Of a DNA stretch of 64,000 nt, positions 1-10,930 are shown in pieces (positions within the stretch are counted from its first letter, which is position 1; each line of letters starts with the position of its first letter). Both the position numbers and the translations under genes were made by a program. The notes under the pieces are model-generated. The model saw only the letters and a program-made list of their open reading frames with translations. It did no database searches and had not been told where the DNA came from. Location: contig PBPL01000255.1 of NCBI GenBank assembly GCA_002724675.1, positions 23,553 through 87,552 on the forward strand. The letters run 5' to 3'. This DNA comes from Deltaproteobacteria bacterium (GTDB lineage: Bacteria; Myxococcota_A; UBA796; UBA9615).

Positions 1-1954
1 TGCTGCTCTGCTGGCCGCTGGGCACCCCTTCGACTTGCCTCGGCTTCAGTACACTCCCTTCTGCGGAGGCTGCACCGCCGAGACTCTGCTCGCCTTGCCC
101 TTGTTCTCGGTCCTCGGCCCCAGCCTTGCTGCCTGGCGGTTGATCCCGCTCGCCTTCGGCCTGGCCATCTTGGTGCTGAGCTATCGCATCGTCTGCCGCG
201 CCGAGGGTGTGGGAGCGGCCGCCATCACCGGGCTCTGCCTCGTGTTGGCGCCCCCGTTCTTCCGAGAGTGCGGGATTGTCGCGTTCGGCAGTCACTTCGA
301 GGTCCTGGCCCTCGTGCTCGCCGCCATGATCCCCTGGAGCAATCTGTTCGAGAGAACCCGAGCCCGCGACGCATTCACTCTGGGCCTCTTGCTGGGCTTG
401 GCGTTTTGGTTCTCGTACACATCGGCCTTTGCAGCACCGGTCCTCCTGGGCTCTCTCTTCCTATGCCGCTGGCGCAGCCTCATGCAATCGGGCGGACTGG
501 CTGTTTTAGGGGCCCTCGCACTGGGTTGCCTCGTGGGCATCATACCGCTGGTGAGCACCCAGATGGCGCTCCGCAGCGCCCACTTGGTCGCCGAGGGCTC
601 CTTTCTCTCTGTGTACGGTCGGGATGCCTTCGATCTGATCACCGGTAGCCCCGGATTGGGGGCTCGGATCATGACGCTGGTGGGGCCCTCGTACTGGGCC
701 TCCATCTTCAATCCCACCTTTGGGCCCGACAACGCCATCCCCTCGCTCGTCTACGCGCTCTTGCAGGCCGGGTGGGTAGCGCTCGCGCTGGGGATCGGCT
801 GGCGCAGCGTGAGAGGGGCGGCAGAGGCCAACCAGAGCAAGGAGCTGAGTTCAACAGCCCCGATCCCGCTTGTGGCTTCGCTCCTCACCCTCTCTTACGC
901 ATTGCTGTTTGTGCTCATGGCTCCTTATCGGGGTGAAGTGCCGCCTCCGCCTCCGGTGCCCGCCAACGGCCTGCGCTACCTGGTGCCTCTCGTACCTCTG
1001 GTGGCCCTCTGTGCGGGCCCGGCGGTGATGCGAGGGCTGCGCGCTGGCCAGCGGCTGCGCGCGTTCACAGCCGTGGCGCTCCTCGCATTCTTGACGCCGG
1101 GAGCCATCGCCGCGGTGGACTCGGTGGAAGTGCGTTGGTTGTCGTCGGAGCCCCTGTATCGGCCCGCCATCGACGTCACCACGGTCCTGGGTCGCACGCG
1201 CTGGGATGCGCCTTCGGTGTCCGAATTGGCGGCCACTGGCGCCGTGGATCAACCTCTCTCGAGTGCGCCGCGGCACCGCTTCGCCCGCAGAGCCCACCTC
1301 CATGCCTATGGCGAAGCCCTCGCTCAGCGAGTGACTCCCAACGTCACTGCCGGAGAGCTTCAGGGAGTCCTCAGGGCCATCGAGGCGTTGCCAGAAGACG
1401 AGGGCCTCGTGCTCTACGAGGCGATCGTCCGCGGACTGGCTCCGGTCATTCCGGCGCCACCTTGGGAGCCTCCCTCGGGGCCGTTTGGCCAGCTGGTGTC
1501 TGCGGCCCTGGCGCCCGACACGGGCGACGCCTACCGCCAGCTGTGGCGGGCTGCTCTCAACCGAGGCCGCGACCCGTTCTGGGACCTGCACCTGCGCCTC
1601 ACTCAGGGAAAGCCGCTGCCGGCTGCCTGGCTGGACTCCCGCATCGAAGACGCTCGGCTGGAGGCTTTTTGCTGGACCCTGGGGGCGATGACGGGCGTGG
1701 CCTTCCGCCAGGCGCAAGATCCCCACTTCGAGATGACGGAGTCTCTCCGGGTCCGCAACGCCATTCCTGAGAGACATCGGGTGGTCTTTGCCGAGGGGCT
1801 GGGCCAGAGTCTGGGCCGACGGTGGGGCTACAGCCACAGACGGTACGACGAGTTGCTGGGGCATCTGGGGGACCCCCAAGAGCAAGAGGTGTTCTCCCAG
1901 GCGTTTGCCCAAGGGGCTCGTGCGACCTTTCTGTTTCCGGTCGCGCTGGACTGA
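1..1954 (+). CDS. Multi-pass integral membrane protein, possibly a GT-C-fold (ArnT/PMT-like) glycosyltransferase, with a C-terminal soluble domain. It is 5'-partial: the frame is open to the window edge and the first in-window start is TTG at 35
   Basis: There is no in-frame stop between position 2 and 35. At least 8 hydrophobic helices are rich in Leu/Ala/Gly (e.g. LIPLAFGLAILVLSY, LGLLLGLAFWFSYTSAF). A roughly 300 aa hydrophilic C-terminus follows. The family assignment is by resemblance only. Confidence 0.4.
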   Translation, partial: AALLAAGHPFDLPRLQYTPFCGGCTAETLLALPLFSVLGPSLAAWRLIPLAFGLAILVLSYRIVCRAEGVGAAAITGLCLVLAPPFFRECGIVAFGSHFEVLALVLAAMIPWSNLFERTRARDAFTLGLLLGLAFWFSYTSAFAAPVLLGSLFLCRWRSLMQSGGLAVLGALALGCLVGIIPLVSTQMALRSAHLVAEGSFLSVYGRDAFDLITGSPGLGARIMTLVGPSYWASIFNPTFGPDNAIPSLVYALLQAGWVALALGIGWRSVRGAAEANQSKELSSTAPIPLVASLLTLSYALLFVLMAPYRGEVPPPPPVPANGLRYLVPLVPLVALCAGPAVMRGLRAGQRLRAFTAVALLAFLTPGAIAAVDSVEVRWLSSEPLYRPAIDVTTVLGRTRWDAPSVSELAATGAVDQPLSSAPRHRFARRAHLHAYGEALAQRVTPNVTAGELQGVLRAIEALPEDEGLVLYEAIVRGLAPVIPAPPWEPPSGPFGQLVSAALAPDTGDAYRQLWRAALNRGRDPFWDLHLRLTQGKPLPAAWLDSRIEDARLEAFCWTLGAMTGVAFRQAQDPHFEMTESLRVRNAIPERHRVVFAEGLGQSLGRRWGYSHRRYDELLGHLGDPQEQEVFSQAFAQGARATFLFPVALD

Positions 1955-2025
1955 CTGGCCCAGACCACAAGCCGGTAGACCGAAGCGCCCTGATATAGGG
2001 GCGCGGGCGCGTTGGGATTGTTATC

Positions 2026-5000
2026 TTGCACCCGATGTCCCCCACAGGAAGTGTGCCACTCGCTGTCGTCCGGACCCTGATGGCAGTCCGCAGACGTCGT
2101 CGGCTGCTCGCGGGCCTCCAAGCTCTCGCGTGGATGCTCGGGGGACTCGCTGTCTTGTTCGCGCTGGGAGGGCTGGTTGCGTCGAGCCCGCCCCACAGAG
2201 TCAACCCCTGGCTCCAGCAGGGCGCGAGGCTGTGGCTGGTGGCTGCGCTGGCCGGGCCTGTGGCCTTATTTCTGATCCCAGCATGGCGGCGGACGAGCTC
2301 CCTGTTGGCGTTGGCCAGAGCCATCGACGATCGAGTCCCGGAGACCCGAGACTCCCTGATGACCGCAGTCGATCTGGCCCACGCGCTGGACTCGGGAGCG
2401 CTGGAGACCGACGAACAGACCCGTAGGCTCGCCCATGCTCACCTGGGCCAAGCGGAACGCTGGTCGGCTTCAGTCTCAGCCCTCGAGCTCTTGCCTCTCT
2501 CGGTGCTCGGACGTCGGACCCTCGTAGGCCCTGTAGTTGCCGCCGTGGTGGCAGCCGCCATGGTCCACAGCGCGCTGCCGCTCGGCTCGGGTCTGCGACA
2601 GCTGTTGGGGCCCAGTCCCGCGCTGGCCGAGGACGGCCTGTCGGACGCAGGCACGGCCTCCCTGGTTCTCAGGAACCTCAACCTCACCCTGACACCTCCG
2701 GCGTATTCGGGACGGGAGGAGCTCGTCCTGGAGGGCACCAGTGGTGATTTTCAGGCTCTGCCAGGAACCCGAGTCACGCTGAGCGCCGATCTTCCCGCGG
2801 GAGGAAGGCAGTTGACCTGGCACTGGGGAGGCGACGATGCCGTCGCCCACCCCGTGGAGGGGACCCATGTCTCGTTCCCCTTCGTGGTCCCTGGCCGGGG
2901 GCACTACCACCTGAGCTTGGAGCGCGCGCTGGGACGTTCCGAGCTGCAGACCCGAAGATTCCGGGTACAGGCACTTCCCGACAATCCCCCCGAGCTGGAG
3001 GTGTCTGCGCCAGCCGGGACCGTCGACCTTCGCTCCGAGGACGAAATCCAGATTCAGATCCGCGCAGCCGACGACTTCTCCCTCTCTCGCCTGGAGCGCG
3101 TCGTGATGGCGGGTGATCGAGAGATCGCTCGAGTTCCCATCGCCGACGTGGCGAGACAAGCCGAGTGGAGCGGCGCCATGCCCTGGCACCCAGGACTGGA
3201 CTTGAGCGACCAGGGGGGGGATGTGGAGATGATCATCGAGGCCTGGGACAACGACACGGTCAATGGACCCAAGGTCACCCGCTCGCGGCCCATCGAGATC
3301 TACGTGCCAACGGCGAGGGACCAACATCGCCGGGCCCTCAACCTCAAGCAACGACTCCTCAACGAGTCCTTGGACTTCCTCGCCACCTTGCTGGTGGATG
3401 ACTACGGCGCATCTGCTCAGGTGCGCATGCGCGACGAAGTGCTGGCGCAGTTCGACCGGCAGCACCATCTGGCCCTGGCCGTCTTGACGACGGCGTCCGA
3501 GTTGTCGACCACCCTTCAACAAGATCGCTACGAGCGGCGCTCTGTGTTTCTGGGGATCAGCCAGGCGGTCGAGAATCTGGCTCGCCGTTGGCAAACCGTG
3601 GTGGAGCTGGTCGAGACCGAGATCCGAGCGGGGCAGAGCTCCGCTGTGCACCCCATCTTGGTGGGCCAGCTGCTCACCAGTCGGCGGAACGTAGCCCAAG
3701 AGCTGGAACGGGTCGTCATCGATCTCTCTGCGTTCATCCAACTTCAGCAAGGTGAAGAGGCGTTGGACCAGCTGGCCGACACCGAGCCCCTGCTGTCCGA
3801 CCTGGCAGACCTGGTGCGCCAGGCACAAGATGGGAAGCCGGTGCAAGACGCCCTCGCCCAAGCATTGGATGAGCTGGCGGAGCGCCTCGACGAGGTCGCC
3901 CGAAAGCTGGCCGAGCGAAGCCGCGGTCCGGACGAGGGCTTCGCCAACCGTCTTCCTTCCGACCTAGCCCCCGGCATGTTGGAGCAGATCCAGCAACTCC
4001 TTGCCGAGGGGCGGTACGACGAAGCCATGGAGCGTGTCCAGCAAGCCATGGATGCAGTCAGCGACTTGGCAGAGAACCTCAACCAGGAGCGCGAAAATCA
4101 AGCAGGCAGCCAAGAGGCCCAGCAGCTGGCTCAGCAGCTGGACGAGGTCATCCAGGAGACCCAACGTCTCGAGCAGGAGCAAGAGGAACTCATCGAAGCG
4201 ACTCAGGAGCTGGAGCGGCGATTCGGGAGCGGCGAACCCCTGAGCGAGCAATCCCGACGGGAGCTGGCTGAGGACATGGACCGGCTCCATCGCTTGATTC
4301 AGGACTTGCCCGTCACTCCTCTCCCAGCCCGGGCGCAAGGAGCCGTACGGCAGCGGGCTCGGCTCGCTGAGCGCATGAGCGCGCAGATGCGCGAGGCCTA
4401 CGAGGAAGGGGATCTGGACGAGGCCATCGAGCTCGGGGAGACCGGCGAGGCCTATCTGGACGACATGGACGGGGATCTGGCGCGCAGCCAGGATCTCGGG
4501 GAGGCACTCCGTCGCGACGCTCGCAGCGAGGTCATGGAGGCCCAGGGCTTGGCGCACAGCATCGTGGAGCGCATGCGACGAGGTCGCCGCCAAGCCGAGG
4601 CATCCCGTCAGCAGGCGAGCGGCGCAGGGCAGGGGGTTCGCCAGCGGCAAGGCACGCTGCGGCAAGGGGTCCAAGCACTCCGTCAGCAGACCGAGCGCAT
4701 TGGCGGGTCAGCGTTCAACCCAGTGGCTGGGCGAGACAGCCTCGACGCAGCGGGCGAGCTCATGGAGAGAGCCGGCCAACGACTGGGGGGTGGGCAGCCC
4801 TCCCACGCGCTGGCGGCCGAACAGGACGCTCTCGGGCAGCTGCGCCAGTTCCGGGAATCGCTCGAGGCCAGTCGCATGGCCATGCAGAGTGGCGGGTCCA
4901 TGGGAGCGGGCGCGATGGCTCGCTCCGGCTCTGGCCGGTCCAGTCTTGGCTCGAGGCCCCGATCCGATGGCATCCTCGGTGAGTCGGGCAATCAGGACGT

Positions 5001-5133
5001 GGAGATGCCAGAGCCCGAGGACTTCGTCGGCCCCGAGGCGTTTCGGTCGCTGGTACAAGAGGGCGCTGCCGAGGATGCCCCCGATCGCTATCGCCCCTAC
5101 AACCACAGCTACTACGAAGAGTTGGTTCGATGA
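2026..5133 (+). CDS. Large membrane-anchored protein of 1035 aa with a long acidic, Glu/Gln/Ala-rich coiled-coil C-terminal region. It is probably DUF4175 / TIGR02302-like, a family found next to BatA/MoxR operons.
   Basis: Two N-terminal TM helices (LLAGLQALAWMLGGLAVLFALGGLVA; LWLVAALAGPVALFLIPAW). Residues about 650–900 are heptad-like and E/Q/L/A-rich (…QQLAQQLDEVIQETQRLEQEQEELIEATQELERR…). Its stop overlaps the next start (ATGA at 5130–5133). Confidence 0.55.
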   Translation: MHPMSPTGSVPLAVVRTLMAVRRRRRLLAGLQALAWMLGGLAVLFALGGLVASSPPHRVNPWLQQGARLWLVAALAGPVALFLIPAWRRTSSLLALARAIDDRVPETRDSLMTAVDLAHALDSGALETDEQTRRLAHAHLGQAERWSASVSALELLPLSVLGRRTLVGPVVAAVVAAAMVHSALPLGSGLRQLLGPSPALAEDGLSDAGTASLVLRNLNLTLTPPAYSGREELVLEGTSGDFQALPGTRVTLSADLPAGGRQLTWHWGGDDAVAHPVEGTHVSFPFVVPGRGHYHLSLERALGRSELQTRRFRVQALPDNPPELEVSAPAGTVDLRSEDEIQIQIRAADDFSLSRLERVVMAGDREIARVPIADVARQAEWSGAMPWHPGLDLSDQGGDVEMIIEAWDNDTVNGPKVTRSRPIEIYVPTARDQHRRALNLKQRLLNESLDFLATLLVDDYGASAQVRMRDEVLAQFDRQHHLALAVLTTASELSTTLQQDRYERRSVFLGISQAVENLARRWQTVVELVETEIRAGQSSAVHPILVGQLLTSRRNVAQELERVVIDLSAFIQLQQGEEALDQLADTEPLLSDLADLVRQAQDGKPVQDALAQALDELAERLDEVARKLAERSRGPDEGFANRLPSDLAPGMLEQIQQLLAEGRYDEAMERVQQAMDAVSDLAENLNQERENQAGSQEAQQLAQQLDEVIQETQRLEQEQEELIEATQELERRFGSGEPLSEQSRRELAEDMDRLHRLIQDLPVTPLPARAQGAVRQRARLAERMSAQMREAYEEGDLDEAIELGETGEAYLDDMDGDLARSQDLGEALRRDARSEVMEAQGLAHSIVERMRRGRRQAEASRQQASGAGQGVRQRQGTLRQGVQALRQQTERIGGSAFNPVAGRDSLDAAGELMERAGQRLGGGQPSHALAAEQDALGQLRQFRESLEASRMAMQSGGSMGAGAMARSGSGRSSLGSRPRSDGILGESGNQDVEMPEPEDFVGPEAFRSLVQEGAAEDAPDRYRPYNHSYYEELVR

Positions 5134-6725
5134 CCTGGCCTCGCTCTGTTCTGGTCCTCACCGTTGTTGCCGCAGCGCTCTGGGCGGGAGCCCCTGATAG
5201 CGCAGGGGCAGGCGACTACCATTCGGCGACCGAGGCCCTGGAGCGTGTCCAAGAGACCCGAATTGACGAGGCGGAGCTGGTGCTCAAGGGGATGCCGCTC
5301 GGCACGCCTGCGCGAGCATGGGCGGAGGCATCCATTCTCTTTCACCGAGGGCGCTATTCGGCAGCTCGCGACGCCCTCCCCGAGGCTGCTCCAGGAGAGC
5401 CAGATGGCCTCCGACGGCTGCGCATCCGCATCGAGCATGCGCACAAGGCAACCCTGGGGATGATGGAGCGAGCCGTAGGCAACTTCCTCTACCGCTTCGA
5501 AGGGGGGCCCGATGCGATCCTGGTGGACTACGCGGTGGAAGCTCTCGAGGGGCAGCGCGCAGCCATGGAGGAGATCCTGGGCGCAACCCCCAGCCAGCCG
5601 GTAGTGGTCGAGTTCTTCCCCACTGTAGAACGCTTTGTCTTGGCGACCGGGCTGCCCATGGAGTGGGTGGAGACGACCAACACGGTGGCTGTGTGCAAGT
5701 GGGACCGGCTGATGGTGCTGTCGCCACTCAACATGCCGCGGGGCTATCCATGGAAGGACACCCTGGCCCACGAATACGTCCACCTGATCCTGAGCCAGGC
5801 CAGCCGAAATCGCGCACCCATCTGGTTCCACGAGGGCTCTGCCAAGGTCCTAGAGACGCGCTGGCGGGACCCCAAGGGGGGCGAGTTTCTAGATCCGTGG
5901 GGAGAGAGCCTGTTGGCCCGAGCACTGGATGAGGGAGCGCTGGTGGACTTCGAGGCAATGCACCCGTCCATGGCAGCCCTTCCTTCCAGCGAGATCGCCA
6001 GCTTGGCTTTTGCGCAGGTGGCCTACGCGGTGGACTACATCCTCGATAGCGTCGGACCACGGGGATACCGGCAGATTGTCGAGGAGACCGCCCTCTACGG
6101 CGACGTGCTGCGTGCCTTGGACCTAGTGCTGGGTCGCTCGCTGGGTAGCTTCGAGGATCGCTACCAAGCTCATATGCGCTCCCAGGGGCTCCGCATTCGA
6201 ACCCAGGTGGCTGGGTTCGATCTAAAGCTGGAGGCTGGCGCGGCAGGGGTGTCCGACAGCGAGGGGGTGGCCCTAGACCCTGTGCTCCTAGACCATCGAC
6301 GGATGCAAGACCACACCCGCATTGGCGACCTCTTGCGGCTGCGTGGACACCGAAGAGCCGCCCTCATCGAATACGAACGAGCCGAGCTAGCCGGGCCCTA
6401 TCACTCCCCCGCACTGGCCAACAAGAAGGCGCGAACCCTGCGCGCGCTGGGTCGCGCAGATGCTGCCCGGCAGATACTCGAAGAGACCGTAGACCTCTAT
6501 CCCGAGTTCGCGCCCACGATTGCGTTGCTCTGTGAGCTCTCGGCAGCAACCGAAGAACACCAGCGCACCGCCGACCTGGCCCAGCGAGCGCTCGCCATCA
6601 ACCCCTTTGATCCCAAGATCCACCTGCACCTCATCGGCGCCCTCACAGGCCTCGGAGACACCGATGGAGTCAAACACGAACAACGGGTGTTGCAGATCCT
6701 CGCCGATCACCTCGGCAGGCACTGA
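5130..6725 (+). CDS. Secreted putative zinc metallopeptidase (HExxH gluzincin-like, Peptidase_MA_2-like) with C-terminal TPR repeats
   Basis: N-terminal signal peptide (VLVLTVVAAALWAGAP). An HExxH motif in LAHEYVHLILSQ, followed 18 aa later by FHEGSA, a candidate third Zn ligand (Glu). The C-terminal third is TPR-like (…YERAELAGPYHSPALANKKARTLRALGRADAARQ…). Confidence 0.55.
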   Translation: MTWPRSVLVLTVVAAALWAGAPDSAGAGDYHSATEALERVQETRIDEAELVLKGMPLGTPARAWAEASILFHRGRYSAARDALPEAAPGEPDGLRRLRIRIEHAHKATLGMMERAVGNFLYRFEGGPDAILVDYAVEALEGQRAAMEEILGATPSQPVVVEFFPTVERFVLATGLPMEWVETTNTVAVCKWDRLMVLSPLNMPRGYPWKDTLAHEYVHLILSQASRNRAPIWFHEGSAKVLETRWRDPKGGEFLDPWGESLLARALDEGALVDFEAMHPSMAALPSSEIASLAFAQVAYAVDYILDSVGPRGYRQIVEETALYGDVLRALDLVLGRSLGSFEDRYQAHMRSQGLRIRTQVAGFDLKLEAGAAGVSDSEGVALDPVLLDHRRMQDHTRIGDLLRLRGHRRAALIEYERAELAGPYHSPALANKKARTLRALGRADAARQILEETVDLYPEFAPTIALLCELSAATEEHQRTADLAQRALAINPFDPKIHLHLIGALTGLGDTDGVKHEQRVLQILADHLGRH

Positions 6726-6744
6726 CACGAACCCGGGAGCCCCC

Positions 6745-7782
<1,038 letters not shown>

Positions 7783-7811
7783 TGGACACCGTGAGGAAAA
7801 GGTAGTGGCGG

Positions 7812-8810
7812 GTGAGTAGCATCAAATCCCACGCGAACGGATCGATCAGCGCCGAGCTGCTCGAGCAGGTTCGAAACCTAGTCGCGCACGCCAAAGCTGT
7901 GGTGCGTGGATCCGGAACGGGGGTCCACCGTTCCCATCGCCTTGGAGGCGGGAGCGAGTTCGCCGAGCACAAGAACTATGGGCCGGGAGACGACCTCCGA
8001 CACGTGGACTGGAAGGTCTTTGGTCGAACAGACCGCTATCTCGTCAAGCAATTCGAGAGCGAGCGCCGCACAGAGGTGCGGCTGGTCCTGGACCGCAGTG
8101 GGTCGATGGCTTTCGGCACGACTGGGAGCCACGAGGCCGCCGCCTGGGGCCCCTGGCCGAGCACCAAGTGGGAAGCCGCCCGCGCCCTCGGCCTCGCTCT
8201 GGCCTTCGTATTTCTTCGCCAGGGCGATCGACTCGGGCTGTCGATTCTCGACGGTGCTCATTCCGCGCCGCTACCGGCTCGGGGGGGCGCCCAACTCATG
8301 CACGAGTTGAGCCACGCAGTGCTTTCGAGCCAACCCACGGGCTCGGCCCGGCTGGGAGACAACCTCCGCAACTTTTCCCCCAGCCGTTCACGACCCCTGG
8401 TGGTGCTCGTCTCTGACCTCATGGCTGAGGACGAGGGCGAAGCTCAGAAGGCTCTGGCCCATCTGCGGGCCCGGGGCTCGGAGGTGTGGCTGGTGCACAT
8501 CGTGGATCCCGCTGAGATCCACTTCCCCTATGAAGAGCCGACGCTCTTTGTGGGGCTCGAAGACCAGCAGAGCCTGGGGCTGAACCCCAGGGAGCTGGCA
8601 GCCAGCTATCGCGCCGAGTTCGCGGCCTTTCTCGACCGTCAGCGCACCCGTTGTCTGCAGGACGGCATCCACTACCTCAGGGTTGTCACCGACGAACCCT
8701 TGGAGGAGGCGCTGGCTGGCTTCCTCAGGGGGTCTGGGAGTGTGCGCGCTGCCCCTAACGGCACAAGCCCGGACCGCCCCCAAAACGCGGCTAAGGACAA
8801 GGTGGGCTAG
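7812..8810 (+). CDS. DUF58 domain protein, the usual MoxR-associated partner
   Basis: Canonical DUF58 signature …HKNYGPGDDLRHVDWKVFGRTDRYLVKQFESE…. It sits immediately downstream of moxR. Confidence 0.85.
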   Translation: MSSIKSHANGSISAELLEQVRNLVAHAKAVVRGSGTGVHRSHRLGGGSEFAEHKNYGPGDDLRHVDWKVFGRTDRYLVKQFESERRTEVRLVLDRSGSMAFGTTGSHEAAAWGPWPSTKWEAARALGLALAFVFLRQGDRLGLSILDGAHSAPLPARGGAQLMHELSHAVLSSQPTGSARLGDNLRNFSPSRSRPLVVLVSDLMAEDEGEAQKALAHLRARGSEVWLVHIVDPAEIHFPYEEPTLFVGLEDQQSLGLNPRELAASYRAEFAAFLDRQRTRCLQDGIHYLRVVTDEPLEEALAGFLRGSGSVRAAPNGTSPDRPQNAAKDKVG

Positions 8811-8812
8811 GA

Positions 8813-10930
8813 ATGGGCCTTCACCTTGCTGCGCCATGGATGTTGCTCGGCCTGGGCTTGCTGAGCCTGCCGGTGTTGGCACACTTGACTGGCTACCAAG
8901 AGGTCCACACTGTGGACTTCCCCAGCCTGCGTTTTCTACGCGCCTCCCAGCTGAAGGTTCGGCGTCGCACACGGGTAGAGGCCCTGGTTCTGTTGATTCT
9001 TCGCCTTCTGGCCGTCTCCCTGCTCGTGCTCCTCTTTGCAGGCCTGAGTGTCACCTGGACGGGGGCGTCGCTCGCCGGGCTCGATCCGTCACAGACGACC
9101 GTCGTTCTGTTGGATGTGTCCGCTTCCATGCACACGAGGACCGAGGACGGCTCTGTGTACGAGAAGGCGGCAGAGGAGGCCCATCGGCTCTTGGATGGCC
9201 TCGGTCAGGAGACCCTCGCTGCCGTCATCGCGTTTGACGCTGAGGCGCGGGTTCTAGGCCCAGGAATGACCGCATCCAAGGATGCGCTGGGAGCCGCGCT
9301 GGACGAGCTCACGCCGGGGGCGGGCCCGACTCGTCTGGACAACGCACTGCGCCGCGCGGGCGAGCTGTTGCGAGAGGAGGGCATCGCGGGAGCCAATATC
9401 TTCGTCCTCTCGGACGGCACCGCCACCAGCCTTCCGGGACCCACCACCTCGTCCATTTCCCCCGATGTGGTGGTCCACTATCACGACCTGCTGGGCGGTC
9501 GGCCGCAAAACCGGTTTGTGGATGGGGTCGAGACACAGGGTGGAATGAAGCGAGGTGAAGGGCTCCGTGTGGAGGCCCATGTCGTGTCGACTGGAACGGC
9601 GGGAGACGAGGCTGTCCCGCTGACACTCCGGCTCGAAGATGGCCTAGAGGTAGTCGGCGACCTGGCGTTCGAGGGGGGCACTGCGTCGAGGAGCTTCACA
9701 CTTCCCATCCCGCCCTCGGGCCGCCCCAAGGCCCAGCTCATCCTTCCCGAGGATGCTCTGCCCATCGATGATCGCCACGCGTTCACGCTGCAAGGCGAGA
9801 GTCAGCTGGACGTCCTTCTCGTCTCCGGAGATGGCGGCGCCCAGCCGCGGGACGACGAGGTGTACTACCTGGAGAAGGCGCTCCAGCCCGGGCCTGGCTC
9901 CCCGTCCCGGATCCGGCCGCGGGTCGTCACGGCGGAAGAACTGCGTCGCATCGACGGCGGGCGAGGGGACGTGGTGTTCCTCTGCAATGTGGCCGACCCC
10001 CGACCACTGGCGGAGAACTTGATCGACTTCGTCAAGCGGGGTGGCGGCTTGTTTGTCGCGGTGGGAAATCGGGTAGATCCCGACCGCTACAACCAGAGCC
10101 TCGGCGATCTCTTGCCCTCCCGGTTCACAGAACTGAAGACCCGGGGCGCCGGCACCTTCGAGTTGAGCCCCCTTGGGCTAGCGGTGCCGCCCATGGACCG
10201 GGACGAGTTCCGTGTGTTTCGGACGGGCGGGGCCAACGTCTTCTCACGGGTTCGTTTCGGCAAGGTGATCGGGACCGAGCCCAGTGTGCAGAAAGACTCC
10301 GAGGTGCTCCTGCGCTACACCGACGGGCTGCCGGCCTTGCTGGAGCGCCGCGTGGGGGAGGGGAGGGTGCTGCTGTTTACCTCCAGCATCGACGATGACT
10401 GGACGGACCTCCCGCTTCGATCCATCTTCGTATCGCTGATGCACCAGGCAGCTCGAAGCCTCAGCGGCACCCTGGCTATGGACTCGGCCGGTGTGTTCGA
10501 CGTGGGGTCGCGAGTGACACTGCCGGTGCCACCCGACCCCTCGGAGGCGGCATGGGTGCGTGCGCCCGACGGCCGGGATCTCGCCATGGACACGGCCTCC
10601 GCCGACGGCTCCGGGATGGCCCAGTTCGCAGCCACCCACTGGCCGGGGCACTACGCCCTCTACTGGGGAACCGGTGGCGACCGCAGCGCTGGCATCTTGC
10701 GTGCAGTGTTCTCGGTGCGCGTGCCAGCATCGGAGTCCCGCCTGATCCCCGTACAAACCGACGCCCTGCTGCAGTCAGTGCCCGGGCTGGTCTTTCACGG
10801 GGCCGCTGACCAGGGGGGCAAGGACCAGCCTGGGGAGGTCCTTCGGACCGCATCCCTGGCGCCGTGGCTGGTGGTTCTCCTAGGGCTCGTTCTACTCACG
10901 GAAGGGTGGCTGGGAGGGCGGAGGCCATGA
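8813..10930 (+). CDS. BatA-like membrane protein with an N-terminal double-TM 'aerotolerance' domain and a VWA domain
   Basis: N-terminus MGLHLAAPWMLLGLGLLSLPVLAHL is BatA_N-like, with a second TM helix (ALVLLILRLLAVSLLVLLFAGL). The VWA MIDAS start is VVLLDVSASM. Start and stop are coupled to neighbours (8810/8813; ATGA at 10927–10930). Confidence 0.8.
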   Translation: MGLHLAAPWMLLGLGLLSLPVLAHLTGYQEVHTVDFPSLRFLRASQLKVRRRTRVEALVLLILRLLAVSLLVLLFAGLSVTWTGASLAGLDPSQTTVVLLDVSASMHTRTEDGSVYEKAAEEAHRLLDGLGQETLAAVIAFDAEARVLGPGMTASKDALGAALDELTPGAGPTRLDNALRRAGELLREEGIAGANIFVLSDGTATSLPGPTTSSISPDVVVHYHDLLGGRPQNRFVDGVETQGGMKRGEGLRVEAHVVSTGTAGDEAVPLTLRLEDGLEVVGDLAFEGGTASRSFTLPIPPSGRPKAQLILPEDALPIDDRHAFTLQGESQLDVLLVSGDGGAQPRDDEVYYLEKALQPGPGSPSRIRPRVVTAEELRRIDGGRGDVVFLCNVADPRPLAENLIDFVKRGGGLFVAVGNRVDPDRYNQSLGDLLPSRFTELKTRGAGTFELSPLGLAVPPMDRDEFRVFRTGGANVFSRVRFGKVIGTEPSVQKDSEVLLRYTDGLPALLERRVGEGRVLLFTSSIDDDWTDLPLRSIFVSLMHQAARSLSGTLAMDSAGVFDVGSRVTLPVPPDPSEAAWVRAPDGRDLAMDTASADGSGMAQFAATHWPGHYALYWGTGGDRSAGILRAVFSVRVPASESRLIPVQTDALLQSVPGLVFHGAADQGGKDQPGEVLRTASLAPWLVVLLGLVLLTEGWLGGRRP

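Noticed and set aside
2476-3861. Long antisense ORF (461 aa, − strand) inside the 1035 aa coiled-coil gene. Similar ones occur at 851–1912 (−), 5112–5831 (−), 22008–22949 (−), 24960–26330 (−), 28957–30213 (+) and 29186–30403 (+).
   Set aside because: Their Arg/Gly/Pro/Ala-rich translations lack motifs. They lie fully antisense to motif-supported genes. They are the expected stop-codon-poor shadows of a roughly 70% GC sequence.
6520-6744. Upstream extension of the MoxR ORF (start at 6520) overlapping the peptidase-TPR gene
   Set aside because: The MoxR homology begins at the ATG at 6745. The upstream 75 codons are Ser/Pro/Thr-rich with no homology and overlap the preceding gene's 3' end.
8388-8972. 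194 aa − strand ORF spanning the DUF58/BatA junction
   Set aside because: It is antisense to two motif-supported, translationally coupled genes, and its composition is typical of GC-frame noise.
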